A DNA stretch of 64,000 nucleotides from a virus. Positions within the stretch are counted from its first letter, which is position 1; every line of letters starts with the position of its first letter. Positions 26,960-35,738 of the stretch are shown one piece after another. Position numbers and translations under genes: made by a program. The notes under the pieces were generated by a model. The model saw only the letters and a list, made by a program, of their open reading frames with translations, searched no databases and had not been told where the DNA came from. The stretch covers positions 38,496 through 102,495 of IMG/VR virus record IMGVR_UViG_3300021963_009388, one strand, 5' to 3'.

Positions 26960-26976
26960 CTTAGAGGTTTACATAA

Positions 26977-29900
26977 ATGCCGGATACAACTAAGAAGGCA
27001 GTATTTAGTAACTTAGGCTTGGTAGGCGGAAATGCTAAATCATTAAAGCCTTCTGCCATATCTTCTAATGACATATCTTCTAACCCTATGAAGGCTAAGC
27101 AGTTAGGCGTATCGCCAGTCCCGCTACAAAATAATAGATTTCTTGATCAAACTGCCTTGCTTAATAATAAAGCTAATGGTACATTAAATAAATCAGCCAC
27201 CTCATTTGACGTAAGTCCTTACGCCCATTCTCCTTACGTGAATAATTTAGGTTTTAATAGAGATGTGTACAGTAGTACACCTATTCCTAGTGGAGACGTC
27301 TCCACTAAGCGAGCAGCGTTCTTTGACGCGCTGTCAGAACTAGAGATGGCTAAAGACAAGGTGGAGAAAAAAGAACCGCTACCTCCGCCTGCACCTGTAC
27401 CAGCTGCAGTGCCGGTTGCGGCTAAGCAACCTACTTCAAGAGGGGGCCCGCCAGGAGCTCAAGCATCTTATAAGAAAATAGTGGATGACGCCGCAAGAAG
27501 AAAAGCTCCGGCTGAGCTCCCTAAACCAGCTACGGCTATAAGCCCAGTTGAAGCTAAAGGTTTCTATAGCCCACCTGTATCTGAGAACCTTGACCTCACA
27601 AAGAATGGCCCAGGGCTTACCGACTTTGATTACAGCAAATGGAACGCTGATAAGTCAAAACCTGTACAAGAAAGTATGAACCCGTACTCTGTTTACGAGT
27701 TCATGACCTACTACAATAAGAATAATAGCACTCAGATAAACGAAGACCAGGCTACGCGCATGCTTCAGCAGGAGGCTAGCAGACGAAACGGTTCAGCTGG
27801 GCCTGCCTGGAAAGACAAAATGAATAAGGCTGAAGGCTTTGAGCCTCAGCCTAAAGTAATTGAATCAGCTGGTGGTAGCACTTTAAGTCAGCGCCCTGAT
27901 GCACGCAAATTAGACTTGGTAAAGCTTCTTAATGCCAAACCCTCCGCAGAAGAGCTAGATGCGATAGATAGGGTTAGAAAAGAACCATCCCGAGATAGCG
28001 ATGCTTTGGGCTTTGGTGGCGGCTTAAACCTTTTACCAGCCGACATAAGTGATTCAAATGGTCCACTGCATAAGGGCCGAGAAGCATATGGAAAGACACC
28101 ATTTCAAGAAGGGCTTAGAGTACCAAAGAGAATAGAGGCGGCTACATTAGCCCAGAAGCTCTTATCTTCATCTAAGACAGATACTGAGAACACCAATCTT
28201 ATTTTTAGACAGCTACCGCCAGAGCGCATTAAGGATATAAGGGACTACCTGCAGACTAAAGGTAGTGACAGCGAAAGCTTGGCGGAGTTAGCCGCTTTTG
28301 AAACCATTAATGAATCGTACTTAGATAAACTTAATTTAAACTTAGGCTACTTTACTCCAAAAGATAAAACTAAATCTATTAGAGTAGTAGACTTCTTAAC
28401 TGATAAGAATAGCAATCAAACCTACGAAGAAAAATTAAAAGAGTTACCACCAAGCATTATTTCATCACTTAAATCTTTACCTTCAAGTGATTTAAGCCGT
28501 CTCACATACGCTTCAGATGTTGTTACTGGTAATAGAGAAGCAGCAGCGCTAGCCAACACCTCAGTAGGTAAGGAGGTTATGCCTGGAACTCGCACAGGCC
28601 CAGCGTTTGGTAATAACATAAAGAATCTGGTTGATACGCTTATGAATCACCAGACATCGGCTAGTGATTTCTTTGAGACAGTAACATCCCCATTTACAGG
28701 ATCATGGAGAAATCCAACTACCTATGACCCTCGTAAGGGCATGAGCGTAGTTGAGAAGGGCATTGAGAGCAGGGACATAGAAGCAAAAATTAAAAGCCTT
28801 AGGAAGCTGCCTTTTTCAGAAGCCACTAAGGCAGAGATAGGCAACTTAGTTAACAAGCATAAATCCCTTGAAGAAGTAATTGGCGCAGGAGTAGACAGGC
28901 CTAACCTTGCCTACGACGCTGTAAAGCCGCTTAAAGACCCCAGCCGTTTTATTACAAACCCTGTCACCTCATTGGCTGACGTAGCGTCTGTGCCTCTTAT
29001 GACTATGTTCCCGGTTCTGTCGCCTGCGATGGCTGCTATTCAAGGAACAGTTGGGTCTCTTAAGAATGTAGGCATACCAGGGTTCAACTTGGGGTTTCCA
29101 GAAACTAAGGTTATGGGCATGCCTCTAGGTTTTGAAGTCCCTCCGCTAACCCCTAAGAACGAAGAAACCTACGGCAAAATACTCTCTATGCTAGGGGTTT
29201 TAGCTCCTAACCCTACTGGCTTTATTCCTAAGAGCATACCTAAGGTGCCTTCAGCTATTCCTAAAGAAGTAGCTAATATAATGAACAACCTCAAACCCCA
29301 AACTACGAGCGCCGGCCCCGGTAGCTTCTGGAGTCCTAAGGTAAATCTTGGCGTAGGAAAGAAAGTACCTGAGATACCCATAACACAATCTCAAAAGGCA
29401 ACAGAAAAATTAAAAAGTATCTTAAACCCACCAGCTACTCCTTCCTCAAACTATAGGGGCCCGTGGATGGGAGAAGCCGTGCCCCCTAACACTTCAGCTA
29501 TTCCTAAGAACGTGGCTAGGGCAGTGGACAGCCTGGAAGACAAAGCCATGAGCTTCGAGAGAGGTAGTTTCTGGAGCCCCACGCCAAACCTTGGTGTAGG
29601 AAAGGAAGTACCTAAAATAAACCCCACATCCTCAAAGACGCCATATCAAAGAATAGTTGAAGAAATAACGGCTAAAGATGTGAAGCCCATTGCAGACTAT
29701 AAGGGCCCGTGGGTCAATGAAGCAAACCCACTGCCCAAAGCTACAATAATTCAAAAAGCTATGCAAGGAGCTTCGCAGCTAGCTAGCACTCCAGTTAATG
29801 TTCCTCTTAAGGTTCTACTGGCGCCAACCGTTGCTGAAATTACAGGAGAAGGAGTAGAGGAGTTCAATAAGGGCTATGATGAAGCCGAGGCAAAAAGAAA

Positions 29901-30192
29901 TGCAGGTAGCTCAGCGCCAGCAGCTGCTACTTCAGGCGAGGCTGCTAGTACTTCAGGGGCTAACCCAGCTGCCCCAGCTACTTCAGGGGCTAAGCCAAAC
30001 AGCCCAGCCACTCAAGAAGGCATGACTGGGCTACAAAAAGCTTTATTAGCTGCAGGCATAGGTATTCCTGCAATACTAGCCCTTACCAGTGCTATGAGCG
30101 GATCAGACGATGATGAAGATGAAGATGAAGATGATGAAGAGAGTGAAGCTGATTACAGGCGTAGGTTACGAGCAAGAAACGCTTACAGATAA
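26977..30192 (+). CDS. large low-complexity protein, probably virion-associated; C-terminal hydrophobic helix and acidic tail
   Basis: 1071 aa; KxA motifs (TKKA, NKSA, TKRAAF); an internal duplication of about 80 aa. Confidence 0.7.
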   Translation: MPDTTKKAVFSNLGLVGGNAKSLKPSAISSNDISSNPMKAKQLGVSPVPLQNNRFLDQTALLNNKANGTLNKSATSFDVSPYAHSPYVNNLGFNRDVYSSTPIPSGDVSTKRAAFFDALSELEMAKDKVEKKEPLPPPAPVPAAVPVAAKQPTSRGGPPGAQASYKKIVDDAARRKAPAELPKPATAISPVEAKGFYSPPVSENLDLTKNGPGLTDFDYSKWNADKSKPVQESMNPYSVYEFMTYYNKNNSTQINEDQATRMLQQEASRRNGSAGPAWKDKMNKAEGFEPQPKVIESAGGSTLSQRPDARKLDLVKLLNAKPSAEELDAIDRVRKEPSRDSDALGFGGGLNLLPADISDSNGPLHKGREAYGKTPFQEGLRVPKRIEAATLAQKLLSSSKTDTENTNLIFRQLPPERIKDIRDYLQTKGSDSESLAELAAFETINESYLDKLNLNLGYFTPKDKTKSIRVVDFLTDKNSNQTYEEKLKELPPSIISSLKSLPSSDLSRLTYASDVVTGNREAAALANTSVGKEVMPGTRTGPAFGNNIKNLVDTLMNHQTSASDFFETVTSPFTGSWRNPTTYDPRKGMSVVEKGIESRDIEAKIKSLRKLPFSEATKAEIGNLVNKHKSLEEVIGAGVDRPNLAYDAVKPLKDPSRFITNPVTSLADVASVPLMTMFPVLSPAMAAIQGTVGSLKNVGIPGFNLGFPETKVMGMPLGFEVPPLTPKNEETYGKILSMLGVLAPNPTGFIPKSIPKVPSAIPKEVANIMNNLKPQTTSAGPGSFWSPKVNLGVGKKVPEIPITQSQKATEKLKSILNPPATPSSNYRGPWMGEAVPPNTSAIPKNVARAVDSLEDKAMSFERGSFWSPTPNLGVGKEVPKINPTSSKTPYQRIVEEITAKDVKPIADYKGPWVNEANPLPKATIIQKAMQGASQLASTPVNVPLKVLLAPTVAEITGEGVEEFNKGYDEAEAKRNAGSSAPAAATSGEAASTSGANPAAPATSGAKPNSPATQEGMTGLQKALLAAGIGIPAILALTSAMSGSDDDEDEDEDDEESEADYRRRLRARNAYR
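27290..27305. repeat. 16-bp palindrome, copy 4 (perfect; 20 bp with flanks)
   Basis: Inside a CDS, encoding GDVST. Confidence 0.95.
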
Positions 30193-30207
30193 GATAAAGG
30201 AGTACTG

Positions 30208-30897
30208 ATGAGTAGCAAGCGCAGCATGATGTCTGTTCTGGACCTTAAGCAGCTTTACCCGACCATAGAGTTAATGGATGGATATGATGCCGCCTTTATA
30301 GGTATAGTGCCATCTCAGGACGGGGGCTGCCTGGCCGTGTACGACTCTATGAAGATAGTGAACATGCTGCACAAGAAAGGCTTCTCTTCTCAAGAGGAGC
30401 TCTTATCTCATTTTGAGAATATGGTGTCCTCAGCTCAGAAGGTTATAAAGATAGGTCCTCTGTTTATGCAGCATACGCTTATATCTGAGACTATAGATTT
30501 AGACCAAGAAGATGAGATTGAAATTGATGAAGAAGATGATGAGGAAGATGATGAAGATATTGAGGAAGATGAATGGAGTAGTGACTCAGACAGTGACTCA
30601 GACAGTGACTCAGACAGCGATCATGACTGGAACGATGGCGACGACCCAGGCGAAGAAGGTGAAGAGGGCGAAGAAGGAAATGACTTAGAAGAATCAGGGT
30701 ACGATGAGGATGTGTCTGAGCCTTACATGGAGATAACCGTAGACATAGGCACCAATAACCCAGATGACTGCATGATAAATAAAAACGCAAATAAGATAAA
30801 AGAAGCTATAAGGATTATATTCCCTAATCTTCCGCGCTTAGACATGGTAGGTAAGGCTAAGTTTGCGCTTAGGAACCTGGATGAGATGGAAGAATGA
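30208..30897 (+). CDS. highly acidic protein; N-terminus paralogous to ORF 8553
   Basis: IELMDGYDAAFIG vs ILFADGFDECIIG; long D/E tract and SD repeats. Confidence 0.7.
   Translation: MSSKRSMMSVLDLKQLYPTIELMDGYDAAFIGIVPSQDGGCLAVYDSMKIVNMLHKKGFSSQEELLSHFENMVSSAQKVIKIGPLFMQHTLISETIDLDQEDEIEIDEEDDEEDDEDIEEDEWSSDSDSDSDSDSDSDHDWNDGDDPGEEGEEGEEGNDLEESGYDEDVSEPYMEITVDIGTNNPDDCMINKNANKIKEAIRIIFPNLPRLDMVGKAKFALRNLDEMEE
30580..30615 (+). repeat. 12-bp tandem repeat AGTGACTCAGAC x3 (Ser-Asp repeats)
   Basis: Read directly. Confidence 0.9.
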
Positions 30898-30958
30898 GCT
30901 TATTTAGTTTACGACGTTTAAGATATGGACTAAGCCAATAATATTTGTAACAATACAT

Positions 30959-31177
30959 TGCTGGGTTAGAGCTTAGTTGAAGGCGTCAACTGGTTAGGAT
31001 CTGATAGACGAATGGCAAGATGCCTGTTCTACAGAGATGGTACCCACACCATGGCGAAAGCCGATTAGGTGCGGCAGGAGGGGCGGGTAGTATAACGCCT
31101 AATTTACTAACCTGCTACTAGACTTAGGTTTAGTTCGGACTTCAGGATAGGGGATCTGGAGAGGTTCCAGCCCAGCA
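30959..31177 (+). ncRNA. putative 219-nt structured intergenic RNA
   Basis: 5' TGCTGGGTTAGAGC pairs with 3' GTTCCAGCCCAGCA (closing stem); internal hairpins; no ORF. Strand is assumed. Confidence 0.5.
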
Positions 31178-31200
31178 TTTATTACAAGGACGTAACAACT

Positions 31201-32547
31201 ATGAGTAGTTTTAATAAGCTAGCGAATCTTCATAATGTGTTCTTTAAGAGGGCTGAAGGTGAAAGATTAAAGGTCAACCCTAATGACTCGGGTAGGATAG
31301 AGTTGCCAGACCCTGTCCACCGTCATCCACCTGGACTTTATGACAAACTGTTTCCATCTAAGGTTCCACCTAAGGTTCCACCTAAGGGTCCAGTTGGTAA
31401 GGCTACTGTTACGCCCCCGCAACAAAGAGTGCCCGCTTTTCCAACAAAAGGCGGATTCAACGAACCTAACAAGGTTATCGATCCTAATAGACCTGTGTCA
31501 CCTATGCCTGTGCCATACTTTAAGAGGGCAAGTGGTTTAGAAGACTACGCTGGTTTAGCCGCTCCAGTAGGTGGGGCTATACTAGGCGGAGGCGGCACGG
31601 CTCTTTATGATTACTTAAGGGGCAACAAAGAAAACAGACTTTCGAGAATTCTAAAGGGAACCGCTGCAGGAACGTTAGGCGGAGCCGGGCTAGGAGTGGC
31701 AAAAGATTTTCTTGATTTTTATACGGGTACCCCAATTCCAAGGCGCAGCCCCGAATATGGTAGGAACACTGGGATAGGCGCAGGAATATTAGCTGGTGGC
31801 TCTTATGGTCTGGCTACAACTTTAGACGATTTAAAGGCTGAAAATGTTAAGAAAAAAGAGAACACGGACACCTCAAACACACCTCATGACGATAAGCCTG
31901 ACCGCCAATCGAAAGCACCTACCTCCAAAAAGCCTAGTAAAAAAGGCCCTATTTCAAAGGAATCCAGCCTAAACAGTAGGTTCTTTAAGCAATCAGAGGG
32001 CATCGACCCTAGAGTAGCAGAGGCAAAAGCTCAGAGAGACGCTATTAGAAAATCACTCGATGTTACCGGTCCTGGAGGCGGTACTACTCAGGGCCATGTG
32101 CGTTCTGACGGCAAAGGCGGGTGGACAGTTAGCCCCGGCGCTCAATACACCCCTCAAAAAGGCTATAACCATCAAGGCTATAAAATTCCAGATCCTATAC
32201 CTGGAGCAGGCGGTCAGGCAAATACTCCTCCAGTTCCTAGAGGCATGCAGCCTGTGCCTCAACCTGTTGACCCTAGGCTAGAAATGATCAGGAAGGGTAC
32301 AGCAGACTTTGAACGACGTAATGACGAGTTTGATGCGGCACGAGGACAGAACAACATACCATCACCTAGGCCCGCCGGAAAGAGCCCGTATGCTGAGATA
32401 TATGAGAAAGAGCTGGCTAAACGAATAGCTCCACCTTCAGGGGCTAATACGCAAACTCCTCCTATGGCTAAACCTAATGTTCCTGCTGCGCCTCCTAGGG
32501 TTCCCGCAGGAGGCACCTACGCCCCTTCTAGGTTCCCCCCAAGATAA
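31201..32547 (+). CDS. leader-family A protein (MSSFNKLANLHNVFFKRA); multi-module with Gly-rich hydrophobic segments
   Basis: Shared leader; internal YFKRA and FFKQS boundaries. Confidence 0.75.
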   Translation: MSSFNKLANLHNVFFKRAEGERLKVNPNDSGRIELPDPVHRHPPGLYDKLFPSKVPPKVPPKGPVGKATVTPPQQRVPAFPTKGGFNEPNKVIDPNRPVSPMPVPYFKRASGLEDYAGLAAPVGGAILGGGGTALYDYLRGNKENRLSRILKGTAAGTLGGAGLGVAKDFLDFYTGTPIPRRSPEYGRNTGIGAGILAGGSYGLATTLDDLKAENVKKKENTDTSNTPHDDKPDRQSKAPTSKKPSKKGPISKESSLNSRFFKQSEGIDPRVAEAKAQRDAIRKSLDVTGPGGGTTQGHVRSDGKGGWTVSPGAQYTPQKGYNHQGYKIPDPIPGAGGQANTPPVPRGMQPVPQPVDPRLEMIRKGTADFERRNDEFDAARGQNNIPSPRPAGKSPYAEIYEKELAKRIAPPSGANTQTPPMAKPNVPAAPPRVPAGGTYAPSRFPPR

Positions 32548-32562
32548 CACTAGGTAACAACC

Positions 32563-33357
32563 ATGCGTAATTTCACTAAGATAGCAAAGCTTCATAGGAT
32601 GTTCTTTAAGAGGGCTGAGGAGATCTCTAGACCTCCTATAGGAAATACAAAAGGGTCAGATAACAGACCGCCTGCGCCTCCTAGGCCTATAGGGCTGCCA
32701 AAAGGAGATAATGAAAGACCTGGAGTACCTCTTGAGAGAGGGCTATCAAAAAAAGGCCCCGAGGAAAGACCAACTGAGTCTCCTCGCACTCCTATAGGGC
32801 TATCAAAAAAAGGCCCCGTGGAAATACCAACTGATCCTCGTCGTCCGCAAATACCGGGACTACAAAAGGGCAACAGAGAAGACTGGGACAAAAACCAAAG
32901 ATTTAACCCTGAGGCCGAGCCTACGTCCGGTAGAGAACCTACGCAGGTTGAGCTTAGACATATTATGCCTCATTCTGGGCCACAGGAGTTTATCCCCAAA
33001 GATCCAGCTTGGAAATCTGACAAAGGTAAGCTTCCAGTTCAATTTGGTTCGGACGAGCCCAAGAGGACTGCTCTAAACACCGCGCACACTCCAGCGCCTT
33101 ACGTACCTCCTCCAGACGATTTTGACGCTGCTTATCAGTCCAGGTTAGAACAAAAGTTCGATAATCATGTCTTTGCAAACCCGTTTGGCAATAGAGATGA
33201 ATATTCAAATAGCATACAGATGAACCCCGCTTTAAGGCCTAATGGCCCCGGCTCAAACTACCTGCCTCCTTCGGAGATCAAGCAGAAGATCACTCTTCCC
33301 ACTCACTTAAGGCGACCACCGTTTGATAAGAAAGATCCTACATACGGCTTGGAATAA
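32563..33357 (+). CDS. leader-family A protein (MRNFTKIAKLHRMFFKRA), Pro-rich
   Basis: Shared leader; PIGLSKKGP repeats. Confidence 0.75.
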   Translation: MRNFTKIAKLHRMFFKRAEEISRPPIGNTKGSDNRPPAPPRPIGLPKGDNERPGVPLERGLSKKGPEERPTESPRTPIGLSKKGPVEIPTDPRRPQIPGLQKGNREDWDKNQRFNPEAEPTSGREPTQVELRHIMPHSGPQEFIPKDPAWKSDKGKLPVQFGSDEPKRTALNTAHTPAPYVPPPDDFDAAYQSRLEQKFDNHVFANPFGNRDEYSNSIQMNPALRPNGPGSNYLPPSEIKQKITLPTHLRRPPFDKKDPTYGLE

Positions 33358-33374
33358 CTTAGGGACCCAATCAT

Positions 33375-33791
33375 ATGGACTTTAATATAGTATTAGCTGC
33401 TATAAGCATTATATTTGGGGCGGTTGGCTCCCTTGCGGGAGCTATCTCTGTTATCTATGTAAATAAGCTTAAGTCGGAAAAAGCTTCTGATATTAAGACC
33501 AAAGAGATAATCCTTAAGCAGCAGCGGCTAGACCATCATGAGAATGATTCTCTATTCAGTGAGTATAGACTCATAGTTGAGTCATCCAAAGATATGCAAA
33601 CCTTTCTAAGGGAAGAGATGAAGAACCTAAAGAAAGATATAGAAGAACTTTATAACGACAGGCGTAACTGCCGTAAAGAAAACGATGAGCTAAGAACAAA
33701 GGTAATTCAATTAGAGGATGAGCTTAGGTCTTTAAGGCGTAGATTAGACAACGGTGGACTTAGTTTAGTATCTAACCAAGAGGCGGCGTAG
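33375..33791 (+). CDS. protein with an N-terminal TM segment and coiled coil (possibly lysis/holin-like)
   Basis: Hydrophobic residues ~4-29 followed by a heptad-rich region. Confidence 0.55.
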   Translation: MDFNIVLAAISIIFGAVGSLAGAISVIYVNKLKSEKASDIKTKEIILKQQRLDHHENDSLFSEYRLIVESSKDMQTFLREEMKNLKKDIEELYNDRRNCRKENDELRTKVIQLEDELRSLRRRLDNGGLSLVSNQEAA

Positions 33792-33793
33792 TT

Positions 33794-35020
33794 ATGCGTA
33801 ATTTTAATAAGTTAGCTAATTTGCATAGAGTGTTCTTTAAAAGGGCTGACCGCTTTAATAGCTATGAGAATGGCGATAAGGGGCAGGGCAAGTATAAGCC
33901 TTACGTAAATTACCTTCCCGAAGAAGTAAAAGAGGCGCCAACCCCTCCTGAGATTAAGCCAAAAGTAAAGAGCATAGGCCCTGAGGAGATGAATAGCGCA
34001 GACGTGCCCCCAACTCCTAAGGAGCCATCTTATCTTGGAAAAGGCACTGATCCGGTTAAGAAAACTAATGTACCGTTAGAAAACTCTAAAGGCTTACCCA
34101 TTCCCCAGGCTAATTACAAGAATTGGCTGAACGATAATTACTCTAGTGACACTAAGGTGGTTGGTCCAAAAAGAGAAAGTGCGTACAAATCAATAGACGA
34201 AGCGCTTGGGGCTACTGGGGACCCCAATATGTTTAAAAATTGGTCTATCAAAGTTAGAGAACTTGGAAAAGACATGAGCGATAACGCCCCTAACAAATTT
34301 TTATCTATTGGGCACGGGGCAGGCCCAGTCAATGTAACATTACCCCCTATAGGCAACTTCTTCAAAACTAAAAACTTTCCACATAGTTCTTCTTATGAGT
34401 TGCCTAAGCCGTGGTATAAGTTTAACCCGTTCATTACTCCAGACTATCAAAGGTATGCCTTTACGCCGGATGATATGAGCTTCCTTAAGGAAAAATCAAA
34501 CGCGCCTGATAACAGCGCAATGATGTCTCCCGATCTTACTAAGCTTCATGAAGGAGTACACGGTGGGTATTCACCTGCTGGGCCCGAGCGCATAAAATCA
34601 TTAGCAGGTATACTCGACGTGCTTGCGCCAACTAACTCTAAAGGAAATCCCATGACTTCGAGTGACGGTGCTAGGGCTGTACGAACTGAATTTGGTGAAT
34701 ATTTACCTAATGCCGGTAAACTTCACCAATTCGCTAATGAAGCCCCAGCTACTCTCTATGAAATAGCTTCAGGAGCTAGGGCTGCTGAAGATGTTACTAA
34801 AAATAGGTTTCCAGGTAGCTTTGGTGGAATGAACCTTAGCTCTATGGCTAATTACCAAAGGCAGTACGGCCCAGAAGCCTTTAACACGCCTACAGGTCAG
34901 AGATTCCTTCAGTACCAATTGGAAAAGAGCCGCGAACCCACCTCAGACGAGAGACAAAAGAAATCGCTGGAGCAAATGATAAGAGAAATGGCGGAACCAG
35001 TACCTATAGCACCAGAGTAA
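33794..35020 (+). CDS. leader-family A protein (MRNFNKLANLHRVFFKRA) with HExxH motif
   Basis: Shared leader; LHEGVH. Confidence 0.75.
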   Translation: MRNFNKLANLHRVFFKRADRFNSYENGDKGQGKYKPYVNYLPEEVKEAPTPPEIKPKVKSIGPEEMNSADVPPTPKEPSYLGKGTDPVKKTNVPLENSKGLPIPQANYKNWLNDNYSSDTKVVGPKRESAYKSIDEALGATGDPNMFKNWSIKVRELGKDMSDNAPNKFLSIGHGAGPVNVTLPPIGNFFKTKNFPHSSSYELPKPWYKFNPFITPDYQRYAFTPDDMSFLKEKSNAPDNSAMMSPDLTKLHEGVHGGYSPAGPERIKSLAGILDVLAPTNSKGNPMTSSDGARAVRTEFGEYLPNAGKLHQFANEAPATLYEIASGARAAEDVTKNRFPGSFGGMNLSSMANYQRQYGPEAFNTPTGQRFLQYQLEKSREPTSDERQKKSLEQMIREMAEPVPIAPE

Positions 35021-35027
35021 TAACATT

Positions 35028-35711
35028 ATGAACAGATATGAAAAAGCAGCAGCGTTCGGAGCAATGATGGGGAAGCTAGCTGGCAACCCCTTAGGCTCTC
35101 CTGACACTAACATACAAAAAGGAAGTGGAGACGTCTCCACTAAACCAGCTGGTGGCGGCCTGGGAGGGTTTGGCCCGCCAGGAGCTGCTAACGGCCCTGT
35201 CAATAACTTAGGCGGCATAGGCGGTGGAATGGCCCCAGCTCCTGAGCCACCTAAAAACTCTTTTGCAGCTAACCTAGGCAACCTAGCTCTGCAGAGCAAA
35301 CTAGGGCAGAAAGCTCTAGGGTTTACTGCGGGCGCTTACAACAAAATGCCATTTGAAGCTAGGGAGAGATTCCAAGGCAACATGGCTTCGCCTACTGCAC
35401 CAGACGCGTATGATTCAGACCCAGGAGTAGGTGCTAGATTTGATCCTGCCGGTAAGAATCAGATAAACATGGTTCAAGGGATTAAGTACAATTCTCCGAT
35501 TGATCAGTTAGTAGGCAAAATGAGTAGAGGCACAGAAATGCCTAGCAGGACTTACCCTAAGGGAACTCCTGGGTTTAACTCTGTAAATATAGACAACGAC
35601 CGATTAATTAATAACTCTGACTTCCCTGCAGACTCTGAAGATGGTAGGGGGCAAGCAGCTCAATTTGAAGCGGCTAACGCTGCTGGCAGGGTCAAACCTG
35701 CTGCTGAGTGA
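35028..35711 (+). CDS. leader-family B protein (MNRYEKAAAFGAMMGKLA)
   Basis: Shared leader; Gly/Pro-rich. Confidence 0.75.
   Translation: MNRYEKAAAFGAMMGKLAGNPLGSPDTNIQKGSGDVSTKPAGGGLGGFGPPGAANGPVNNLGGIGGGMAPAPEPPKNSFAANLGNLALQSKLGQKALGFTAGAYNKMPFEARERFQGNMASPTAPDAYDSDPGVGARFDPAGKNQINMVQGIKYNSPIDQLVGKMSRGTEMPSRTYPKGTPGFNSVNIDNDRLINNSDFPADSEDGRGQAAQFEAANAAGRVKPAAE
35125..35140. repeat. 16-bp palindrome, copy 5 (perfect)
   Basis: Inside a CDS, encoding GDVST. Confidence 0.95.
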
Positions 35712-35738
35712 AAATAATAACACAAGAGAGTATAGGCT

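Noticed and set aside
30959-31177. tRNA, tmRNA or RNase P assignment
   Set aside because: No cloverleaf with T-arm and CCA, no tmRNA-type ends and no RNase P GAGGAAAGTCC motif.
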